Of a stretch of 64,000 nt of DNA, positions 9,221 to 19,469 are shown one piece after another. The position numbers were made by a program, and so were the translations under genes. The stretch comes from Candidatus Thorarchaeota archaeon (GTDB taxonomy: Archaea; Asgardarchaeota; Thorarchaeia; Thorarchaeales; Thorarchaeaceae), in the NCBI GenBank assembly GCA_016933575.1, contig JAFGAR010000151.1, positions 133,338 through 197,337 on the forward strand, written 5' to 3'. A model generated the notes under the pieces. The model worked only from the letters and a program-made list of their open reading frames with translations. It searched no databases and was not told the DNA's origin. The stretch's first letter is position 1. The number at the start of each line of letters is the position of its first letter.

Positions 9221-10033
9221 TCACTCTTCGACAGGTGTTGATGTCAACCCTGTTACCTTCTCTAATTCTCGTATAGTATTTTTAACCAGTTCTTTAAGAT
9301 CCTGATTGTCATTCCCTCGTGCAGACACCCATACTCTCAATGTCTTTGATGTTCCATATGTCTTAGGCATTGACTTTACGTAGACACCTGGATGTTTCTT
9401 CATAGCTATATCTATAGCTGGAGAAAATACCGACTCGTCATGTATACCAAACTCCACAACCTTTTCATAAAATCTCTGAGTCACATTCTCGATTATCCAA
9501 GGGACTATTGAATCTTCAAAGATGAATTTCAGCTCACTAGGAACTCCCGGCAGACAGAAAATCACAACTTCCTCAAGTTGAATCATCACACCTGGAGCAC
9601 CCCCAACTCGATTATCTAGGGGAGTTGCACCTTCTGGTATGTGAGCCATTTTTCTTCTTGCTTCTGTTATGTCAGGTGAGCTGACTATTCCTCTCTCATA
9701 TAGTGACTGATATTGCCGTTTAACGATGGAGAGTGCGTCTGAATTTTCAACGACTTTACGACCAATTGCTTTTCCTATCGCTTTCAAGGTCATATCATCA
9801 TGAGTTGGTCCAAGACCTCCAGTGGTTATGATAATGTCGCAAGAATCTCTTAGAAAATTCAAAGCTTCTCTAATCTCATCCAACTCATCCCTTACAGATA
9901 CTAGTCGTTTGATATGAGCTCCTTGAGCAACAAGTCTTAGTTCCATCCAATTCGAATTCGTATCAAGAACAACGCCATCAAGAACTTCATTCCCAATTGC
10001 CAAGATTCCAACCGTTTTTGATTCTCTTTTCAT
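9221..10033 (-). CDS. cinA: CinA-like molybdopterin-binding protein (COG1058)
   Basis: IGNEVL.G...DTN, TGGLGPTHDDMT, GAPG and LPGVPSE motifs. Confidence 0.88.
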   Translation of the reverse strand: MKRESKTVGILAIGNEVLDGVVLDTNSNWMELRLVAQGAHIKRLVSVRDELDEIREALNFLRDSCDIIITTGGLGPTHDDMTLKAIGKAIGRKVVENSDALSIVKRQYQSLYERGIVSSPDITEARRKMAHIPEGATPLDNRVGGAPGVMIQLEEVVIFCLPGVPSELKFIFEDSIVPWIIENVTQRFYEKVVEFGIHDESVFSPAIDIAMKKHPGVYVKSMPKTYGTSKTLRVWVSARGNDNQDLKELVKNTIRELEKVTGLTSTPVEE

Positions 10034-10046
10034 AGATATCAGACTC

Positions 10047-10724
10047 CTATGAATCCGAACTTAATTCTGAACCAAGAATTCTAGTCAAGTTCTGTAGTGT
10101 TTCAAGTCGTTCAATTGCAAGCTCTTTCCCTCTTTCAGTAACAACACTTCTCGCAATTTTTTCTGCAAGTGGGAGAAATTCAACAAGTTTAGTATGGAAC
10201 TCAAGGAGACTATTTCCTGGATAGATTCTAATCCCATTCAAAATATATTGCAGTAATCCTACTAACCCAAGTTTATGTATCTTGTCCGCTTCCCAAAGGA
10301 TTTGTGCCTCGATTGGACTTAGAGGTGCTTCCAAGGTAAGTCCTACATGTTTCTTAATTACATCACAGACCTTTCTAATAAGCAACTCTTCAAACCCATT
10401 CTTGAGGAGCCAATCTTTTGCTAGTTCCGCGCTCGCTACTCCATGGTCGCGAATTGCTACGCCGCCGAGACCTGGCTTTGCAAAATCATGGAACCAAGCG
10501 GCAAGGCTAACGACTTCTATGTCTGCATCTATCTTTGACGCAAGATGTTTTGCAAGGTTAACGACCTGTTCTACATGGTCTCCACGATAATTATAAAGCG
10601 GAACATTCTGATTCTCAGATGCATCCTTCCATTCTTCAATAGCTGCCACGCTGGTAGTAGCTATTACCATCTTCTTAATCTGAACCTCAATATCTGGTCT
10701 CATTTTGTGTCTAAAAGGTTTCAA
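10047..10724 (-). CDS. HD domain phosphohydrolase
   Basis: H...V; AAWFHDFAK; DHG..SA; H; EADK motifs. Confidence 0.85.
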   Translation of the reverse strand: MKPFRHKMRPDIEVQIKKMVIATTSVAAIEEWKDASENQNVPLYNYRGDHVEQVVNLAKHLASKIDADIEVVSLAAWFHDFAKPGLGGVAIRDHGVASAELAKDWLLKNGFEELLIRKVCDVIKKHVGLTLEAPLSPIEAQILWEADKIHKLGLVGLLQYILNGIRIYPGNSLLEFHTKLVEFLPLAEKIARSVVTERGKELAIERLETLQNLTRILGSELSSDS

Positions 10725-10748
10725 GCTTTGTCGCTCTTATGAATTATC

Positions 10749-11522
10749 TTACTTTGGTCTAATTCTAGAATACAATCGACATATGTTTTCAAGAACTATT
10801 TTTCCAATTTCTTCTTCTTCCATGTGAAGTATTGATGCTATCTCTCGTAATGCAATTGGTAGGTTTGCTGGTTCATTCAACTGTCCAATTACTGGACTAA
10901 GGACAGGACTGTCGGTTTCAATCAATAGACGATCAATTGCTACAGCTTTGACTAATTTTCTCTTTTGTGGCGATCTCACAACTGAAGTAGGTATTGAAAA
11001 ATAGTAACCTAGTTCAGTTGATGCAATTCTAGCCAAATTTGATTTTCCGTCAAATGCATGCAGATGAACCCTCTGTGCACCATTATTTCTTAATACAGCA
11101 AGTGCAGCTGCACCAGCTGACCTAGAGTGAATTTGTATTGGCAACTTCAATTCTAATGCTAAATCTATCATCTTGACAAATACAGATTCTTGTTTCTTTC
11201 TTTCATCATGATCTCTTTCTAAATAGTGATCAAGTCCGCACTCTCCTATCGCGATAATGCTATCTCTATGTTCTTTGATTAATGAAATCGCTTTTTCGCA
11301 TTCATAATGATTGATTGGATTCAAACCCAAGGCTGTGTATATTGATGCAGATGAGCTGGCAAGCTCTAAATTTAGCGAGTATTGATCAATTCTTGTCGCT
11401 GATGTTATCATCACAATATCTCGCTCGATTGCCCTCTTTATAATTTCATTACGATTCTGATCATATTCTAATTCGCCAAGATGGCAATGTGTATCAATCA
11501 TTTTCAATTGCATCGCGCTCAT
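10749..11522 (-). CDS. tatD: TatD family nuclease
   Basis: IDTHCH, AIGECGLD, IHSR, HAF and ETDSP motifs. Confidence 0.92.
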   Translation of the reverse strand: MSAMQLKMIDTHCHLGELEYDQNRNEIIKRAIERDIVMITSATRIDQYSLNLELASSSASIYTALGLNPINHYECEKAISLIKEHRDSIIAIGECGLDHYLERDHDERKKQESVFVKMIDLALELKLPIQIHSRSAGAAALAVLRNNGAQRVHLHAFDGKSNLARIASTELGYYFSIPTSVVRSPQKRKLVKAVAIDRLLIETDSPVLSPVIGQLNEPANLPIALREIASILHMEEEEIGKIVLENICRLYSRIRPK

Positions 11523-11619
11523 TTTACTGTTTAATAGATCTCATGAATTTTAGTACTCACTAGTTTTCTTGGACTTCGTGGGAAAAATAATTTAGGGCAC
11601 AGTCAATTGTCAGATTGCT

Positions 11620-12603
11620 GTGACGAATTTGGATGTGAAATGGACAATTAGAAGATTCAATCCTTCAGATCGACCTCATTATCTAGCCTGGAGGAAGTTA
11701 GTAGCACACAGAGACAAAAATCCCGAGTTCATAGAGTGGGAATACTACTCATCACCATATGGACCTGTAGAAACATGGGTCGCGGATGTCGATGGTAAAA
11801 TTGTTGGTCAGTACTCTCTTCAACGATACGATTGCTACTACTTTGGAAAGCTTATACGAGCATCACTATGTTTCGATGTAGCAACGCATCCTGATTACAG
11901 GAACCAAGGAATGTTCACCAAGTTGGGTTTCCATTCCTTGAAGAAGGAAGGAGAAAGTAATGTTTCTTTTACAATTGGATTTCCTTGGGTGGGGGGCATC
12001 GCAATCCCTGGACATATGAAAGTCGGATGGTCAAAGCTTGGTGAATTGGGCATTTATTCAAAGACTGACCTTATCACAAATGAACACCAAGATATCGACG
12101 CATTTCAGATAAAACAAATCACCACATTTGATGATCGATTCGATGAACTAGCAGAAACTCACAAAACCGACTTGCCTATAATGCTTAAGCGAAGTGCAGC
12201 GTATCTTAATTGGAGATACATTCAGAAACTGGGCTATGTTTATCACTGCTTTGAAATTCTGAAAGGTGAACAATTAGTTGGATATTTCATTTTGAAACTA
12301 TATGTGAGTGAGAAGAGCAAGACCCTTCATATCATTGATTATATCATTCCAAAGAATCCATCTCTCTATCAAGAAGTACTTGATTTCGTCATTACTTATG
12401 CAAAGAATAATGATGTCCAGAAGGTCAACCTTGTTATCAATGAAAACCATCATTTCTTTCAATTCCTAGAAGAATCCAATTTCAATCGTGAAGAGCGATT
12501 CTTCATACCAATAGTACATAGAAACAACGATACGATTGACAATGACCTGTTGATTGATTTCAAGAATCATTACCTAACAATGGGTGACAATGATATCTTC
12601 TGA
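11620..12603 (+). CDS. GNAT-family acyltransferase (two-domain, glycan-locus type)
   Basis: DVATHPDYRNQGMF acyl-CoA motif; RSAAYLNWRY in the second domain. Confidence 0.8.
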   Translation: MTNLDVKWTIRRFNPSDRPHYLAWRKLVAHRDKNPEFIEWEYYSSPYGPVETWVADVDGKIVGQYSLQRYDCYYFGKLIRASLCFDVATHPDYRNQGMFTKLGFHSLKKEGESNVSFTIGFPWVGGIAIPGHMKVGWSKLGELGIYSKTDLITNEHQDIDAFQIKQITTFDDRFDELAETHKTDLPIMLKRSAAYLNWRYIQKLGYVYHCFEILKGEQLVGYFILKLYVSEKSKTLHIIDYIIPKNPSLYQEVLDFVITYAKNNDVQKVNLVINENHHFFQFLEESNFNREERFFIPIVHRNNDTIDNDLLIDFKNHYLTMGDNDIF

Positions 12604-12669
12604 ATTCGAATCTTCATACAATAAGATAACCCTTAATTGCACATCTCGTTACAAGAGAAAACCAATTCA

Positions 12670-13341
12670 ATGAGGTTCCTCGCCTTGAAAATTCAATCGA
12701 AACATGCACTCTTCTTATCCGCTCATGCTGACGATGCAGAATTTGGCTGTGGTGGTATTATTCAGAAATTGATTGCTGCTGGGACCAAAGTCACTTCACT
12801 CGTATTCTCAATTGCAGAAGAAGCAGCAGACACAACAAAATACCCAAGAAACATTCGTAAATCTGAGTGTGAAGATGCTGCTAAAGTCTTAGGAATAGAA
12901 GACTTACGAATATTGACCTTTCCAGTAAGAACATTCCCTAGTCGAAGACAAGAGATTCTGCAGGCGATTGTTGATATCCGAAAAGAGAATGAATTCGACT
13001 TAGTTCTCACGCATTGGCCCAATGATATTCATCAAGATCATCAAATCGTTGCAATTGAATCACTGAGAGCATTCAAAGGAGGCGAAGCGACTGTTATGAG
13101 TTACGAGGTTCCCTTGGATTGCCTAAGTTTTTCACCCAACGTTTTTGTACCTCTTACTGAAAAAGAAGTGGATCGTAAAATTGAAGCTATATGGTGTTAT
13201 CAATCCGAAGTTGCACGAAGAAGCTATTTTTCAAAAGATATGATTCGTTCCGCACTTGGATACAGAGGTCCTTTTGCACAGACAGTCTATGCGGAAGCAT
13301 TTGAATTGAAGATTCTTGTTGCAAATGTTGAATCATACTGA
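12670..13341 (+). CDS. PIG-L/LmbE family de-N-acetylase
   Basis: AHADDAEFGCGG, R..E...AA..LG, DIHQDH, YE and YxS motifs. Confidence 0.88.
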   Translation: MRFLALKIQSKHALFLSAHADDAEFGCGGIIQKLIAAGTKVTSLVFSIAEEAADTTKYPRNIRKSECEDAAKVLGIEDLRILTFPVRTFPSRRQEILQAIVDIRKENEFDLVLTHWPNDIHQDHQIVAIESLRAFKGGEATVMSYEVPLDCLSFSPNVFVPLTEKEVDRKIEAIWCYQSEVARRSYFSKDMIRSALGYRGPFAQTVYAEAFELKILVANVESY

Positions 13342-13396
13342 GTATTTATTGTATGATTCTTATAATTCAAAAAATAGACATATACTTGAAGATGCA

Positions 13397-14635
13397 TCAC
13401 GAATCGACAACAGTTTTCAAGACTGATGCTAGGTCTGCAGTAAGAATCCTGCGACTGAATCGTTGACTATCCTCTGTTGAGGGACCTAGAATTTGTTCTC
13501 CCCTCTTGAACATATCAAGGAACTCTATGATTTTCGTTGCACCTTCTTCTGGTTTTAAGCCATTGACTGAAGTTCCAAGACCGTTTCTAGTAATGAAATC
13601 ACCAAACACCTCAGGATTGTCAAAGCTTAGTGTGGGGTGACCAGATGCGGCATATTCGAATATCTTTGCTGGAAATGATCTACTTACCATACCCCCAAAT
13701 TGCACTAAAACATGACATTGATGAATGAAGGATAGTGCTTCAAAATGAGGAACAAATCCCCGAATAGAAATCAAATCATCAACATTCATCCTCCTTGCTT
13801 CATTCTTCACAAATTTTGGTTGCATATTACCTACAAAAACAACATCAATCAGCTCACGCATTTCGGGTCTTTGCTTCAAGGCAAGGTTGAGAGATTCGAA
13901 AAATGGCCTTGGTGACACTTTTCCATATATGGAGCCAACATAACCAAATACAAATCTATCATTGGGTGGATTTCTCATTTCGACTGAGAAGTCGTCAGGA
14001 TCATAACCATTTGTTATCATTGTGATACGTTCTTCCGATTGACCTAATTTTTCAGAAAGGTCTACGCTATGGCTTTCATTAGTTGTAATCAGATGGTCAA
14101 AACTTGCCAGTAGTTTTCTTTCATAAAGTGAATAGAACTTCTTATGACACTTTGTTGGCCACTTCATGAACTCATTTGTTGTATAAGGATCTCTCAAATC
14201 AGCAATAATAGGAATTTTGTATATTTTATTCAAAGCTCTAGCGACTCTGAGAGCGGAGTACGGTGGAGCAGTAGCAATAATCGCTTCATAATTGCCTTCC
14301 TTTATCAGTTTCTTTCCTGTTCTTATTGCATCTGGTACCCAATCATATTGCGCATCAAGGAATGAGTAAAGCAGTGATTGTCTTCTAAGAGGTCCTTTGG
14401 CAATTCTCCCGAGTGTACTAAAAATTGGTAGTCGATAGCTTCTCGCAATTTTCTGTCCTCTGGGTATTGACGCAAGCATTGATAGATCATTGGGATAATG
14501 TCCATCATTTTTCACAGATAATACACTTGATCTCCACCCGTATTCGGGTAGGTATTTAGAAAATTGGAGTGGTCTGACAGAGCCAACACTACCTAATGGT
14601 GGGTAGAAGTATGCAATGAATAATACTTCTCTCAT
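13397..14635 (-). CDS. Glycosyltransferase family 4
   Basis: YFYPP.G..G..R, DLRDP, ITNGYD and PAKIFEY motifs. Confidence 0.88.
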   Translation of the reverse strand: MREVLFIAYFYPPLGSVGSVRPLQFSKYLPEYGWRSSVLSVKNDGHYPNDLSMLASIPRGQKIARSYRLPIFSTLGRIAKGPLRRQSLLYSFLDAQYDWVPDAIRTGKKLIKEGNYEAIIATAPPYSALRVARALNKIYKIPIIADLRDPYTTNEFMKWPTKCHKKFYSLYERKLLASFDHLITTNESHSVDLSEKLGQSEERITMITNGYDPDDFSVEMRNPPNDRFVFGYVGSIYGKVSPRPFFESLNLALKQRPEMRELIDVVFVGNMQPKFVKNEARRMNVDDLISIRGFVPHFEALSFIHQCHVLVQFGGMVSRSFPAKIFEYAASGHPTLSFDNPEVFGDFITRNGLGTSVNGLKPEEGATKIIEFLDMFKRGEQILGPSTEDSQRFSRRILTADLASVLKTVVDS

Positions 14636-15038
14636 TTCCTTTTCACACACTCGTCTTTTTTTACTAGAGGCTATGCTTATTCTTTCCTATTGCTTGTTCC
14701 AAAATTCCCAATCTTTTCAATATAACCAATTAGAGTTTTTTAGCCTGGCAAAATGCTGTATCTCTAGTTTATCCATTTTGACCCTATTGATAGCTTGGGG
14801 TCGTATTACTCCAATGGCTAAGATTCAATTCAGGAGAGCATGTAGTAGGAGATAATGAAGGAAAATCCAAAGAATGAGATAAAGGTTATTACTTCAAAAC
14901 AGATGATAGACACAAATCTGTAGATATATGACTTCCAATAGTTCCCAAGCTACCGTAGAATAGATCCTTTTTCAATTGATGAGAATTGAAACGTATCGTC
15001 AGAAGGAGATATATGACCGAGAGGCTATCGAATAAATC

Positions 15039-15566
15039 ATGACGAATAATCAGGGTGTAAGGATAATTAAAACGAAATTCAAAGAGGCTGTGCTAATTGA
15101 ACCTGTTGTTCATGATGATTACAGAGGTTACTTCAAAGAAACATTCAGAAAGAATTTGTACCACGAATTAGGGATTGACACAGAATTTGTACAAGACAAT
15201 GTTTCTTGGTCATATAGAAACGTCATAAGAGGAATGCATTTTGATTTTAATGTCGCGAAGCTTGTTCAAGTAGTACAGGGACGAACATACCATGTTATAG
15301 CGGATATGCGCGAAAGCTCGGAAACCTACAAAGAATGGCAATCCTTCATATTATCAGATTCAAATCATCGTCAATTGTTTGTACCTGCAGGCTTTGCAAA
15401 TGGCTTTCTTGTTCTAAGCGATACAGCCTTGGTTCACTATAAACAAGGGACATATTGGAACTCAGAAACCGATCAAGGATTTCCATGGGATGATCCTTCA
15501 ATAGGTATCAAATGGCCGATTGAGAATCCAATCCTCTCAGAAAAAGATGGTATGAAGTTCAGGTGA
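15039..15566 (+). CDS. rmlC: dTDP-4-dehydrorhamnose 3,5-epimerase
   Basis: D.RGYFKE, FVQDN.S.S...VIRGMH, KLV, VPAGFANGF and WDDP.IGI.WP...P.LSEKD motifs. Confidence 0.93.
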   Translation: MTNNQGVRIIKTKFKEAVLIEPVVHDDYRGYFKETFRKNLYHELGIDTEFVQDNVSWSYRNVIRGMHFDFNVAKLVQVVQGRTYHVIADMRESSETYKEWQSFILSDSNHRQLFVPAGFANGFLVLSDTALVHYKQGTYWNSETDQGFPWDDPSIGIKWPIENPILSEKDGMKFR

Positions 15567-15720
15567 ACTTCATCGAATAGGGTGCTATCAACACACAGAG
15601 ATTCCGTTTGACCTGAATTTCAGATGTCTTCTCATCAATGGAACCTATGTTTTTAAAAGGTAATATATTCGAGAATCCACATTGTTCAGTATACTGGATA
15701 CTTATGGTGTGAATCATCAT

Positions 15721-16449
15721 ATGACAACAATCGTATCAGGTGGATCAGGCAATCTAGCAAAAGTTCTCAAGGAATCTCATCCTGAGTATTTGTATCTTTC
15801 ACGAAAAGAGATGGATGTTACAGATCGAGAAACTGTCATGAGTGTCTTCGATAGAGAACATCCCACAATGTGTATACATCTTGCCGCGAACACAGATGTC
15901 GCTGGATGCGAAACAAATCACGATTTAGCATATTCAACCAATTCAATTGGCTGTAGGAACATCGCTGATGCCTGTATCAAGTATGATACATATGTAATCT
16001 ATACATCTACAGATTATGTATTCGATGGCGAAAAAGGACTGTATAAAGAGGAAGATCCTCCAAGTCCGATTAACTACTATGGTCTAACGAAGCTTCTAGG
16101 AGAATTTGAAATACGTCATGTTCCCCGGCATCTAATTATAAGAGGCACTATGAAACAGGATACAGGTTGGAGACATCCTCGTGTTCCAGACGATATTTTC
16201 CAAAGTCTTTTACATTATTCCCAATATAGTTGGATTTTATTTCAATTGATAAAACTGAATCAAACTGGTATTATCCATGTTGGTTATGACCGATACAATC
16301 TTTATGAATATGCAAAGTCAAGACGTCAGGATGTTGAAGCAATTAAAAGGAGTGACATCAAATCGGTGCGTCTACCTGGCGATTGCTCGTTGGACATAAC
16401 GAAATTAAAATCAATCTTGAATTTGGAGTTAATGCCAAAACCACAATAA
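15721..16449 (+). CDS. rmlD: dTDP-4-dehydrorhamnose reductase-like SDR
   Basis: GGSGNL, AA.TDV..CE, STDYVFDG and P.PINYYGLTK..GE motifs. Confidence 0.85.
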   Translation: MTTIVSGGSGNLAKVLKESHPEYLYLSRKEMDVTDRETVMSVFDREHPTMCIHLAANTDVAGCETNHDLAYSTNSIGCRNIADACIKYDTYVIYTSTDYVFDGEKGLYKEEDPPSPINYYGLTKLLGEFEIRHVPRHLIIRGTMKQDTGWRHPRVPDDIFQSLLHYSQYSWILFQLIKLNQTGIIHVGYDRYNLYEYAKSRRQDVEAIKRSDIKSVRLPGDCSLDITKLKSILNLELMPKPQ

Positions 16450-16478
16450 AACAATATCATAGTCAGGTGTATGAAAGA

Positions 16479-17426
16479 ATGGTCATTCTAGTAACAGGTG
16501 CATGTGGATATCTCGGTTCAGAATTAATCCGGGAATTACCACGAGTCAAGGAGTTCGAAGGTGAAACTATTCGAATCATGGATAACATGTTTCGAGATCG
16601 TTTTGTTTCTTTGTTTGATTTGCCCTCTGGGCGTAGATACGAGATGGTTCATGGAGATGTTCGCGACGAGGAAAAAGTGCGAATCGCAATGAAGGATGTA
16701 ACGCATGTCTTCTCGCTCTCTGATATAACCAATGCACCATTATCTTTTGAAAGAAAAGACTTGACATTTGAAACCAACTATGAAGGCGCACTGAAAGTGT
16801 ACACGCAAGCTTCGAATTCAGGAGTTGAACGATTTATCTACACATCAACAGCCTCGGTATATGGCCTGACAAAAGATATTGTAGATGAAACCTTTGATTG
16901 TAACCCCAAGAGTCCATATGGAGAATATAAGCTCAAAGCTGAGAAAGAGATGCAAAAACGTTCACGCGAGAATGGTTTTAGTTGGACTGCTCTTAGATTA
17001 GGTACTGTCGTGGGACAAACAATTGGAATGAGATTTGATACGGTAATCGATAAGTTCACATTCTACGCATCAATCGGGCACAGCCTAACCGTATGGGAAA
17101 CAGCTTTGCAGGAAGCTCGACCATATGTTGAAGTTCGCGATGTTACGCGATCTTACATCTTCTCGATGAATAATAACAAAATGGACTATGAAGTCTATAA
17201 TGTTGTAGCTGAAAATCTCAATATGCATCAAGTCATTGAACGGATCAAGAAATATTTCCCCAATGTTGATGTGAAAATCTCACCAGCTCCTGATCTGAAT
17301 CAAGCTAGCTATGTATTATCCTCTGATAAAATCAAGAAAGTCGGTTTTAAGTTTAATTACACGATTGATGATGGAATCAATAAACTTGCTTCAAAGTTCT
17401 CAGGTCTGAGTGAATTCAAGCAGTAG
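16479..17426 (+). CDS. NAD-dependent nucleotide-sugar epimerase/dehydratase (extended SDR)
   Basis: VTGACGYLG, STASVYG, YGEYK, LRLGTV.G and MRFD motifs. Start taken at ATG 16479 after AGGTG. Confidence 0.85.
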   Translation: MVILVTGACGYLGSELIRELPRVKEFEGETIRIMDNMFRDRFVSLFDLPSGRRYEMVHGDVRDEEKVRIAMKDVTHVFSLSDITNAPLSFERKDLTFETNYEGALKVYTQASNSGVERFIYTSTASVYGLTKDIVDETFDCNPKSPYGEYKLKAEKEMQKRSRENGFSWTALRLGTVVGQTIGMRFDTVIDKFTFYASIGHSLTVWETALQEARPYVEVRDVTRSYIFSMNNNKMDYEVYNVVAENLNMHQVIERIKKYFPNVDVKISPAPDLNQASYVLSSDKIKKVGFKFNYTIDDGINKLASKFSGLSEFKQ

Positions 17427-17436
17427 TTCTTTCACC

Positions 17437-18165
17437 TCAACCCTTTCGAGCGAGAAAATTTGCAGCTCTAAGTAAGGTAGGAAATGTTCCTGTATCTGAC
17501 CAGAAACCTTTGAGTTTATGTGCTCTACACTGGTTTCTTTGAATATAGTAGTTATTAACATCTGTGATTTCTAGTTCATTGCGCCACGAATAACCTATGT
17601 TCTCTTCGACCCATCCAATTGCATCATAAATATTGCTAGGGTAGAAATAGAGCCCCGTTACGATATAATTGGATTTGGGTTTCTTGGGTTTTTCTTCAAT
17701 TGAAATAACTGAGCCATTAGCATCAAGTTCTGCTACACCAAATCTCTCTGGTTGGTCATTTTCTGTTAGAAAGAGATTGCACATATCAGGATTTTTTTGG
17801 AAATCTTCCACATATTTCTTTATATTATCTTCAAAGATGTTGTCACCAAGAATTACCACAATAGGTTCTCCATTAGCAAATCTCTTGGTATATTTCAGTG
17901 CCTGAGCGATTCCACCCGGTTTATCTTGGTGAACATATGATAAAGTTAGACCAAAATCAGAACCACTCCCACAAATCTTTACTATATCTCCTACTCCATT
18001 TCCTCCAATTACCATCTGAATATCTTGAATTCCTGCTTCTGCTAATGTATTGATAGGATTGAAAATCATAGGTCTGTCATAAACTGGCAACAAATGCTTG
18101 TTGGTTACTCTCGTGAGTGGATCCAAACGAGAACCAGATCCCCCTGCAAGTATTATCCCTTTCAT
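17437..18165 (-). CDS. rmlA: Glucose-1-phosphate thymidylyltransferase (short form)
   Basis: MKGIILAGGSGSRL.PLT...NKHLLPVYD.PMI, LGDNIF, EEKP, ELEITD and WSDTGT motifs. Confidence 0.92.
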   Translation of the reverse strand: MKGIILAGGSGSRLDPLTRVTNKHLLPVYDRPMIFNPINTLAEAGIQDIQMVIGGNGVGDIVKICGSGSDFGLTLSYVHQDKPGGIAQALKYTKRFANGEPIVVILGDNIFEDNIKKYVEDFQKNPDMCNLFLTENDQPERFGVAELDANGSVISIEEKPKKPKSNYIVTGLYFYPSNIYDAIGWVEENIGYSWRNELEITDVNNYYIQRNQCRAHKLKGFWSDTGTFPTLLRAANFLARKG

Positions 18166-18270
18166 CGTAAAACTCTCCTTAAATAGCTGAACGAATTTAG
18201 TTCTCTTCTTAAAATTTGCCATCTTACTTCTTTGAATAATAAAGCTAAAAACAAATCATATACCAATTCA

Positions 18271-19359
18271 TTATTGTAGATTGTTCATATCCTTCAGATC
18301 CTTGATGAGTTGCGCTGCAATCACATTCGGTATTGCAAACTTCCTTACCTTTTCTATTGGATTTAAACATCTTTTTAGATCCGCAAGATTTTCAATTGTG
18401 TACATAATTTTCTCTGCAAGATCTTTTGAGTCTGCAAACTTGCATCCAATATAATCCATTCCTTCTTCAAATAACTCATCCATTGCGATTGATTTTCCAG
18501 ATATGAAAATCTTGTTCATTCCCGCATAATCATACACTTTGTTTGGTATCACGTTTCGAGCTTTTATTGACTCCCCAAAGATCCCAAGGCAGATGTCTGC
18601 TCGTTTCATTAGACTCACTAGTTCATTGTATGGGGAATAGGGATACAGGATTATCGACTCTCCTAAATCATAGGTTTCGATCATCTCTTTGCACTTTTTC
18701 TCCTCTTGCCCAGAACCAATCAGAATGAATTTGAAGGAGTACTTGTTCTCTCTTAAAATATCCAATGCTTCGATTATGTAAGGAATGCCTTGTAATGGAA
18801 TATAAGTTCCATAGAAATATATCACAACTCCATCAAACTCAAGTGGATTCTCAATGATGCTTTCTTGTGCTTCTAAGTCAACTCCAACAAAGACTCGAAT
18901 TATTTTTTCACTCTTCAAACCAAAGCGATGTATAAAATATTCACCATGAATATTTGTATCAATCATTACTACATCCGAAATTGCACAAGTAATTTTATCA
19001 AGTAGCCATTCATGAATTGCTCTAATTGATAATTCTGGTATGTTTTTCCTGTCTTCAACCCGTGTATTGTAATTAGAGATGTGTGCATCAAAAACTAGTG
19101 GTCTTCTTGACACCACACTTACTATTTTTGCGAAGAAAGTCATTCTCCAACCAGGATATGGTACTATAATAAAATCGCTTCTGAAGGCGTCCCGAAAAAT
19201 TCTTGGAAACCACAAAGTAAAACGGATAATTTGAAGAGCAAGCTGGCATTTAATATTCCATTCAAATATCGTATATCCAATTTGACGGAGTCCTCTCAAT
19301 AGGTTTCTGGTGCGAGGATAATCTGGATAATAAGCCCCAAACCAAAGCACACTTTTCAT
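18271..19359 (-). CDS. Glycosyltransferase family 4
   Basis: FYGTYIPLQG and ADICLGIFG...KA..VIPNKVYD motifs. Confidence 0.85.
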   Translation of the reverse strand: MKSVLWFGAYYPDYPRTRNLLRGLRQIGYTIFEWNIKCQLALQIIRFTLWFPRIFRDAFRSDFIIVPYPGWRMTFFAKIVSVVSRRPLVFDAHISNYNTRVEDRKNIPELSIRAIHEWLLDKITCAISDVVMIDTNIHGEYFIHRFGLKSEKIIRVFVGVDLEAQESIIENPLEFDGVVIYFYGTYIPLQGIPYIIEALDILRENKYSFKFILIGSGQEEKKCKEMIETYDLGESIILYPYSPYNELVSLMKRADICLGIFGESIKARNVIPNKVYDYAGMNKIFISGKSIAMDELFEEGMDYIGCKFADSKDLAEKIMYTIENLADLKRCLNPIEKVRKFAIPNVIAAQLIKDLKDMNNLQ

Positions 19360-19469
19360 GACTTGTGCAAAAATCATGTGATTGTTATAACTGTAACTAA
19401 GAAATCTGTAACTAAATGTCCTATATGGAATGAAATGGACTCCGACTACATCTCTCTGGATGAATGTCG

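Noticed and set aside
14616-14855. 79-aa ORF in the spacer between the GT and rmlC
   Set aside because: Overlaps the GT start on the opposite strand, has no RBS or recognisable motif, and lies in an AT-rich divergent promoter region.
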